DNA of 64,000 nt from Draconibacterium sp. (lineage in GTDB: Bacteria; Bacteroidota; Bacteroidia; Bacteroidales; Prolixibacteraceae). The notes under the pieces were generated by a model, which was not told the DNA's origin, did not search any database, and saw only the letters and a list, made by a program, of their open reading frames with translations. The translations under genes and the position numbers were made by a program. The stretch spans positions 48,642-112,641 of the forward strand of contig JBBINB010000002.1 of assembly GCA_037444065.1 (NCBI GenBank). The letters are read 5' to 3'. Shown in pieces: positions 19,234 to 25,974 of the stretch (its first letter is position 1; each line of letters begins with the position of its first letter).

Positions 19234-20499
19234 TTAATTTATTTTGTACGCCATCAGGGCATTCCCATGCCTGATATACAACACCCCTTTTGCCACAACC
19301 GGGAGTGCAAAATGTTCCTTGGTCCCTTTGGTAATTTTAAACTGGCCTCCTGGTGCCAGAATTCCTTTTTCATAATTAATAAGAGCCACATCGCCGTTAG
19401 TGCCGTAACAAATAAATTTACTGTCGGCATAAATAAGGCCGCCATAAGGAGCTTTTAGCCTGAACGACTCAGTTCCTTTTGCCGGATCGAGAATGTTTAT
19501 ATTTTTATTCTCAGTTGTTGTTATCAGTTTGCCATTAATCACAATTAATCCGCCCATGCTGTTTCTAACCTTTGGATTTCTCCAGACTTCCTTAACGCTC
19601 TTTCCATCGGGTGCAAGTTCCAGTTTCACTGCGCCACAACTGTTTTCATCGCCTGAAACCCAGTACAGATAAGGCGCTTCGTAAACCGGAGTGTTTAAAT
19701 GGTCGCCATCATACTTATAATCTATGGAGTATTTCCATACCAACTGTCCGTCTTTGCAATCTATTCCAAAAATCCAATGGCGAGAAACGGTTACATAAAT
19801 TTTTCGTGAAGGTAAATAGATAATAATGGGGGAACAAAAGTGCGTGGTGTCACCGATCGCCCCGGAAGTCCAAACCGTTTTCCCGGTAAACCGGTCGAGG
19901 GCAGCAATGTTATTGGTTTTGCCGCCTGGAAAGCAATACAGGTTTTTATCATCGGTAACAAACGATTCGGCATAACCAAATTCGTTCAAATAACCTTTCA
20001 AATCTTTCACCATATCGACAGCCCAAATTTCTTTTCCGCCGGAAACTTCAAAACATGCAATCCGCCCCAGCCCCGATGAAGTGTATACCAGGTTGCCAAC
20101 TACGGTTGGCGAGGGACGTGCCCCCGGAAAATTAGCAGAATAGCCTTCTCCGGTAAATTCTTTACCATTTGGCGATTTCCAAAGCAGCTTTCCTTTTAAA
20201 TCGAAAGCAAAAAGATAACTATCGGCCCCTACCACGCCATTTACAAAAAGTTTGTCGGCAGTTACAACCGGTGCGGCAAATCCGGCCCCCAGCTCCTCGG
20301 TAAACCAAAGCAGTTGGGGCCCTTTTTCGGGCCATTGTTTTAACAAACCGGTTTCGTTGTATTTCCCATCGCGGTTGGGGCCGCGCCACTGGTATACCTC
20401 CTGGGCTGAAGATAAAATATACAAATTACAAAAAAGGATTACTAACGCGGACAGTTTGATTTTATTTGCTTTCATTCGAATTGGATTTTTCAGGTTCAT
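19234..20499 (-). CDS. PQQ-like/BamB-like beta-propeller repeat protein (secreted)
   Basis: Signal peptide. Repeated ...LWK/VWT..(G)...SP.I...(K)(I/L)Y(V/F) blades, 421 aa. Confidence 0.65.
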   Translation of the reverse strand: MNLKNPIRMKANKIKLSALVILFCNLYILSSAQEVYQWRGPNRDGKYNETGLLKQWPEKGPQLLWFTEELGAGFAAPVVTADKLFVNGVVGADSYLFAFDLKGKLLWKSPNGKEFTGEGYSANFPGARPSPTVVGNLVYTSSGLGRIACFEVSGGKEIWAVDMVKDLKGYLNEFGYAESFVTDDKNLYCFPGGKTNNIAALDRFTGKTVWTSGAIGDTTHFCSPIIIYLPSRKIYVTVSRHWIFGIDCKDGQLVWKYSIDYKYDGDHLNTPVYEAPYLYWVSGDENSCGAVKLELAPDGKSVKEVWRNPKVRNSMGGLIVINGKLITTTENKNINILDPAKGTESFRLKAPYGGLIYADSKFICYGTNGDVALINYEKGILAPGGQFKITKGTKEHFALPVVAKGVLYIRHGNALMAYKIN

Positions 20500-20590
20500 A
20501 CTTTACGCTTTAATTTGGTTTTTACAAATTTAAAATATTTTGCAAACCCTGAACACAGCTATTAACTAACACATAATTAATACTATATTT

Positions 20591-20733
20591 GAGCTTACTC
20601 CGAAAAGTTCGAGTACATTGATTTTCAACTCTTTTACCCCTGAACCCTAAAGGGTAACTCGCTGAAAATCAATGAACTCTTCAAAGTCCCCTTTAGGGGA
20701 TTTAGGGGTTTTTGACTTTTTGGAGAGGACTCA
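20591..20733 (+). mobile_element. 143-bp MITE, copy A (flanked by 5-bp TSD TATTT)
   Basis: 138/143 identical to the reverse complement of 50461-50603. Imperfect TIRs GAGCTTACTCCGAAAAGT / ACTTTTTGGAGAGGACTC. TATTT occurs directly on both sides. Internal hairpins present. Confidence 0.8.
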
Positions 20734-20916
20734 TATTTTAAATTTGATTTATAGTAATCCGGTATTTTGGGTAGATCATTGGTATTTTTGCCAATTCTGT
20801 AACACATTCAAAATAAAATACTATGATAGTTTCAATAAAAGAATTTTACAGTCACTTTCTGAATATCTTTTCGTATTAATTGATAAATTTATTGATAGCA
20901 GAAAACTCTTTTAGTC

Positions 20917-22227
20917 ATGAAGGTTTCATTAGCATTACTTTCTGTTTTTGTTTTTATTTTTCTGTTTACGAATTGCAACGGGCAAGCCACAAAACAAGCC
21001 AGGGTGAGGCTTCCTGCTGTATCCGGTTCTTTTTATCCGGCTAATGCACAGGAATTAAAAGCACAAATTGCCTCATTTTTCGATAGGATACTGGACAAAA
21101 AAACCGACCCAGATATTGCAGCTGTTATCGTACCGCATGCAGGCTACATTTTTTCAGGAGAGGTTGCCGCGACAGCGTATGCCAGGCTGGATCCTGACAA
21201 AACCTGGGAACATATATTTCTCATTGGGTCGAGCCATTATGAATCACTAAACGGCGCTTCGATTTATAACCTTGGCGATTTTCAAACACCGTTGGGTGTG
21301 GTTAAAGTCGATACGCACCTGGCTAACAAACTGATTAACGGGCACAAAGTTTTTAAATCAGTACCCTCAAGCCACGAACGCGAACACAGCCTCGAAGTCC
21401 AGCTCCCATTCCTGCAGTACCGGTTAAATAAACCTTTTAAAATTGTACCTGTCATTATTGGAACACAATCGGCCGAAACCTGCAAAAATATTGCCGATGC
21501 GTTAAAGCCGTATTTCAACAGCCAAAATCTTTTTATAATCAGTACCGATTTTTCGCATTACCCGGCTTATGCCGATGCCGTAAAATACGACAGAATTACA
21601 GGTGATGCCATTGCCTCCAATAACCCCGCCCTTTTTGTAAATACCCTTTTGCAAAACGACAAAAAGGGAATTACCGGGCTTGCCACCAGTTGCTGCGGGT
21701 GGAGTTCGGTGCTCACATTCCTGAATATTACATCCAATGTACCAGGCGTAAAAATCGAACATGTAAAATACATGAATTCAGGCGATACTTCTTATGGAGA
21801 TAAAAACAGGGTTGTGGGCTATCATTCGTTTATTATCACTATCGGAAATAAGGAAACAACAGGCTTTAACCTTTCACAACCTGACGGGCAATTGCTGCTA
21901 AGAACCGCTCGCGATGCAATAGAAACACGGTTGAAGAATAAGCCGCTTCCAGTTTATTCCGGGCCGCAATTAACTAAAGACATAAAAATTCCCTGCGGGG
22001 CTTTTGTAACCCTTGCCAAAACCGGGATTTACATTATAAAAGGAACCCAAAGCGGTACTTTTCTGCCAATAGTTGCCCGCGAAACCGGGTGGAATACAGA
22101 AGAACTGCTGGGGCATTGTGCCCGCGACAAAGCCGGCATTGGATGGGACGGTTGGAAACATGCCGACCTGTACACTTTTGAGGCGTTGGAATTCAATGAA
22201 AAGGAAACCATAAATTCGGGAAGATGA
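20917..22227 (+). CDS. AmmeMemoRadiSam protein B (Memo-like) fused to a shortened AMMECR1-like (protein A) domain; lipoprotein signal
   Basis: Memo motifs VPHAGYIFSG, HSLEVQLPFL, STDFSHY and MNSGD. C-terminus LLLRTARDAIE...CGAFVTL...GTFLPIVARETGW...CARDKAG matches the AMMECR1 ends. N-terminus MKVSLALLSVFVFIFLFTNC. Confidence 0.8.
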   Translation: MKVSLALLSVFVFIFLFTNCNGQATKQARVRLPAVSGSFYPANAQELKAQIASFFDRILDKKTDPDIAAVIVPHAGYIFSGEVAATAYARLDPDKTWEHIFLIGSSHYESLNGASIYNLGDFQTPLGVVKVDTHLANKLINGHKVFKSVPSSHEREHSLEVQLPFLQYRLNKPFKIVPVIIGTQSAETCKNIADALKPYFNSQNLFIISTDFSHYPAYADAVKYDRITGDAIASNNPALFVNTLLQNDKKGITGLATSCCGWSSVLTFLNITSNVPGVKIEHVKYMNSGDTSYGDKNRVVGYHSFIITIGNKETTGFNLSQPDGQLLLRTARDAIETRLKNKPLPVYSGPQLTKDIKIPCGAFVTLAKTGIYIIKGTQSGTFLPIVARETGWNTEELLGHCARDKAGIGWDGWKHADLYTFEALEFNEKETINSGR

Positions 22228-24722
22228 ACGCTGCCTATCCGCTGTTTCCTGTTACAATTATAGTTTTTGGAGCTTGGTTTGCTACCTGGCTTTTTTCGAG
22301 CTGGGACATTTTCAAAGAAAAAACACACCTGAAATTCTGGAATTATATACTTCTTGTAGTTTTTCTGATAACAGGATTATTAGGTTTGTTTAGTGTGGTT
22401 AAGGTAAACTACAAACTTGTAATCCCGAATTACGAATTGTATTTGCAATGGCATGTGTCGTTTGGGATAGCAATGGTTTTTGTATCGTTTTTTCATCTTT
22501 CGTACCACCTGAAATATTTTTTTGGATTCAGGAAAAAAAAGCCAAAGAATGAAAGTTCCGGTAATGCCAAATTGCCATCGGATACTCCTCAAAATGCGGC
22601 GCTAATGCTTTTTTTGCTTGGTTTTGCAACCATAATCACGCAGGTTGTATTTATCCGCGAATTTATAACCGTACTTTCTGGAAACGAGCTGGTTACGGGC
22701 CTGGTGTTATCTGGTTGGATGATTCTTACAGGCTGGGGAGCTTTCACAGGGCGAAATGGCGATTTTACTGCTTTGTCTTCCCAGAGAGGAATTTTAATGT
22801 TGTCGGCGCTTACAATAATTGCCACAGTGATGACCGGTACGCTGTACGGCTTAAAATCGCTGCTGTTCCCTCCCGGAACGCTTACCGGTTTGGGAGCCTC
22901 TTCAGTTGCCGTATTTTTACTTTTGTTCCCGGTTTGTTTCCTTTCGGGATGGCTTTTTACCGGCCTTGCTTCGGTATGGTCCAATTCAGAAAATGTGAAC
23001 CTTTCCGGCAGGTCGTATGCAGTCGAAGCGCTGGGAAGCCTCGCCGGAGGTGCAATTTTCAGCCTGGCGCTGGGCAGGTTTTTTACTTCTTTCCAGATAT
23101 TAGCCATCACAGGTTCTCTCATTCTGCTCGCAGGAGCATGGTTTTTAAAACCCGGAAACCGGAAAACAAATTTCTCCTTCTTACTGGCCGCAATTCTTTA
23201 TTCATTTCTCGTTTTTTCGTTCAATCCCGACAAGATTATAAAAAAAATGTTATTCCCTAACCAGGAACTGATCTTGAGCAAAAGTACCCGTTACGGAAAT
23301 CTTGTCGTTACAGAACAGGCCGGCCAACTGAATGTGTATGAAAATAACGACCTCCTTTTTTACACACATAATGTAATGATGAACGAAGAGGCTGTTCATT
23401 TTGCGATGGTTCAGCACGATAATCCAAAAAGTGTTTTACTGGTTTCGGGCGGGATTTCGGGTATGATTAACGAAATTGAAAAATATAAAGTTGAAAAAAT
23501 TACCTATCTCGAAGTAAATCCCGAAATATTTTCATCGCTTGAAAATTATGCCGATTCACTTGATAAATCAGGAAGAGTGAAAACAGTCAGGACAGATATC
23601 CGGTCTTTTATCGGGAAAACGGACGAGAAATTCGATGTGGTTTTGATTAATCTCCCGCCACCTTCAACCCTCGGAATGAACCGCTTTTACACTATCGAGT
23701 TTTTTGAAATGGTTAAAAAGCGTTGTACAAAAAACGCGGTAATTTGTACAGGGCTTCCATCAACAGCCAATTATGCCGAGGAAAACGCCCTTGCAGTAAA
23801 TTCTTCGCTTTGGAAAACACTGGGCGCCTGTTTCAAAAACCAGTTGGTTTTAACCGGAGAGAGAAATTATTTTCTTGCTTCCGACGCCATGCTATTCCCG
23901 GATATAACCGTAAGGATTTTACAAAAAGAAATTGAAACCATTTATGTAAACCGGTTTTATATTGACGATGCGCTGCTGGCAATGCGCAGCGGGTCGCTTA
24001 CAGCGGGTTTTGTAGCCGAAACCCCCCTGAACCGCGATTTCAAACCATTTATGTTTGTGAAACAGATTGGCCACTGGTTAAGTCATTTTGGTGGTAATTT
24101 CAAGTGGTTCGTTTTAATTCCCCTGGTTTTGTTCGTAATGTTCCATTTAAAGCTAAACCGCATTACAATTGGATTATATACCGGCGGGTTCACATCAGCA
24201 TCACTCGAAGTTGTCCTGTTACTGGTTTGGCAGGTTTGGTTTGGAAGCATTTATCTGGCTTCGGCCCTGTTTTTCGCTGTTTTTATGGCCGGGCTTGCTT
24301 ATGGCAGTTCGCAAAAATTCGGGTTAAAGGGCCCGTTAATCAAACGATATTATTTATTGCAATTCGGCCTGGCAGCTTTTGCTTTATTGTTGCCATTTGT
24401 ACTGCGGTATACCGGAGATTGGGCAGCGTGGAAATTCCCGGTTCAAATGCTTCTGTTTGTTCTGGTTTTTGTATTGTCAACAGGTGTAGGGCATGAGTTT
24501 TTACTGGCGACAAAACTTCTGAAAACAAATTTTTCAGAAACGGCTGGCAGCAGTTACAGCATCGACCTTTTAGGCTCGGCATTTGGCGCTTTTATAGCAA
24601 CCATAGTGCTTTTGCCTTTACTTGGATTAAAAAACACCTGCCTGGTTGTTGCCGTATTGAACATGGTTAGTGGTTTGTTCGCCTTCTCTGCCAGGAAAAC
24701 CCTTCTTAATACATTTTCGTAA
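22224..24722 (+). CDS. Polytopic membrane protein with central spermidine-synthase-like (class I MTase fold) domain
   Basis: 832 aa, many hydrophobic helices on both sides. Central VLLVSGGISGMINEI...YLEVNPEI...FDVVLINLPPPSTLGMNRFYTIEFF resembles the SpeE fold ('fused MFS/spermidine synthase' type). ATGA overlap with the upstream gene. Confidence 0.75.
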   Translation: MNAAYPLFPVTIIVFGAWFATWLFSSWDIFKEKTHLKFWNYILLVVFLITGLLGLFSVVKVNYKLVIPNYELYLQWHVSFGIAMVFVSFFHLSYHLKYFFGFRKKKPKNESSGNAKLPSDTPQNAALMLFLLGFATIITQVVFIREFITVLSGNELVTGLVLSGWMILTGWGAFTGRNGDFTALSSQRGILMLSALTIIATVMTGTLYGLKSLLFPPGTLTGLGASSVAVFLLLFPVCFLSGWLFTGLASVWSNSENVNLSGRSYAVEALGSLAGGAIFSLALGRFFTSFQILAITGSLILLAGAWFLKPGNRKTNFSFLLAAILYSFLVFSFNPDKIIKKMLFPNQELILSKSTRYGNLVVTEQAGQLNVYENNDLLFYTHNVMMNEEAVHFAMVQHDNPKSVLLVSGGISGMINEIEKYKVEKITYLEVNPEIFSSLENYADSLDKSGRVKTVRTDIRSFIGKTDEKFDVVLINLPPPSTLGMNRFYTIEFFEMVKKRCTKNAVICTGLPSTANYAEENALAVNSSLWKTLGACFKNQLVLTGERNYFLASDAMLFPDITVRILQKEIETIYVNRFYIDDALLAMRSGSLTAGFVAETPLNRDFKPFMFVKQIGHWLSHFGGNFKWFVLIPLVLFVMFHLKLNRITIGLYTGGFTSASLEVVLLLVWQVWFGSIYLASALFFAVFMAGLAYGSSQKFGLKGPLIKRYYLLQFGLAAFALLLPFVLRYTGDWAAWKFPVQMLLFVLVFVLSTGVGHEFLLATKLLKTNFSETAGSSYSIDLLGSAFGAFIATIVLLPLLGLKNTCLVVAVLNMVSGLFAFSARKTLLNTFS

Positions 24723-24756
24723 CGAATTGTATATTTCGACAGGTAAATTTAAATGC

Positions 24757-25881
24757 ATGGAAAAAAGACAGTTTTTTAAAACAGCTTTTTGGGGAGCGGG
24801 AGGATTTTATTTTTGCAACCCGCTTTCTGCTGCATATACGGCCGGTGTTACTCACGAAGTTGGAAAGAAATGGACAAAAGAAGCGCTTTTTTATACCGAA
24901 ACACCCAAGGGGATCAGGTGCCTGATTTGTCCGAACGAATGCGATATTAAAGAGGGAGAGGCAGGCGACTGTAGAAACCGCGTGAACAAAAACGGGAAAC
25001 TCTGGTCGATAGCTTATGGTAACCCTTGTGCAATCCATGTCGACCCAATTGAAAAAAAACCGTTGAACCATTTTCTTCCCGGAAGTAAAGCTTTTTCAAT
25101 AGCCACTGCAGGCTGTAACCTTGCCTGCCTGAACTGCCAGAACTGGACCATTTCGCAAAAAAGCCCGAACGAAACAAAAAACTTCGACCTGATGCCCGAC
25201 AAAGTGGTTGATAGCTGCATAAAAAACAACTGTGAGTCAATTGCATACACCTATTCCGAACCTATAACATTTTATGAATATACCTACGACACCTCTGTTC
25301 TTGCCCGTCAGGCGGGTATTAAAAATGTGCTTGTTTCGGCAGGTTACATCAACCGCGAACCTCTTTTAAAACTTTGCAAAATAACCGATGCGGCCAATAT
25401 CGACCTGAAATCGTTCAGCGATGAGATTTACCTGAAATTAAACGCCGGAAAACTTCAACCCGTTCTTGATACATTGATAACCATGAAAAAGGAAGGCGTT
25501 TGGCTCGAAATTACAAACCTGGTTGTTCCATCGTGGACAGACAACCTTGAAATGATAAAAAAAATGTGCGGATGGCTGGCCCGGAACGGGTTGGATGAAG
25601 CGCCCCTGCATTTCAGCCGTTTTATGCCCTTTCACAAACTTACCCTGTTGCCGCCAACGCCTGTAAATATTTTGCAGAGCGCTCGTGAAACAGCTCTCAG
25701 TGAAGGTTTGAAATATGTATATATTGGAAATGTGCCGGGTATAGGGACCGAAAATACAACCTGCCCAAAATGCAAGAAAAATGTGGTTGAACGCCGGGGA
25801 TACTCCATCCTTAAAAATAACCTTAACGATGGAAAATGCAACTCCTGCTATGCCAAAATCGCCGGGGTGTGGCATTTGTAA
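24757..25881 (+). CDS. AmmeMemoRadiSam-type radical SAM enzyme (PflA-like) with Tat-like N-terminus
   Basis: CNLACLNCQNW is the CxxxCxxC motif. Upstream CLICPNECDIKEGEAGDC is an auxiliary Cys cluster. Start set at MEKRQFFKTAFWGAGG (24757) rather than 24670, which overlaps the previous gene. Confidence 0.85.
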   Translation: MEKRQFFKTAFWGAGGFYFCNPLSAAYTAGVTHEVGKKWTKEALFYTETPKGIRCLICPNECDIKEGEAGDCRNRVNKNGKLWSIAYGNPCAIHVDPIEKKPLNHFLPGSKAFSIATAGCNLACLNCQNWTISQKSPNETKNFDLMPDKVVDSCIKNNCESIAYTYSEPITFYEYTYDTSVLARQAGIKNVLVSAGYINREPLLKLCKITDAANIDLKSFSDEIYLKLNAGKLQPVLDTLITMKKEGVWLEITNLVVPSWTDNLEMIKKMCGWLARNGLDEAPLHFSRFMPFHKLTLLPPTPVNILQSARETALSEGLKYVYIGNVPGIGTENTTCPKCKKNVVERRGYSILKNNLNDGKCNSCYAKIAGVWHL

Positions 25882-25974
25882 TAATGTTTTCTTAAATATC
25901 GAAGCTATTCAAATTCCTTTGGTTGAAAGAATTCGTTTTATCTTCTAATTTTACAAGGTTTTAAATTATTTATT

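Noticed and set aside
20672-20914. 80-aa ORF starting MNSSKSPLGDLGVFDFLERT.
   Set aside because: Its first third is encoded by the MITE (copy A). The same element in the other orientation yields a different pseudo-peptide at 50543-50603. There is no family resemblance.
22589-23260. 177-aa (-) and 181-aa (+) ORFs inside 22224-24722.
   Set aside because: These are shadow or alternate-frame ORFs within the polytopic SpeE-like gene. The annotated frame gives coherent TM helices and the MTase-like domain.
24670-24756. Upstream extension of the radical SAM ORF that overlaps the previous gene by 53 nt.
   Set aside because: The extension (MVCSPSLPGKPFLIHFRNELYISTGKFKC) is unlike the family N-termini. 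The ATG at 24757 begins the Tat-like leader and lies just after the upstream stop.
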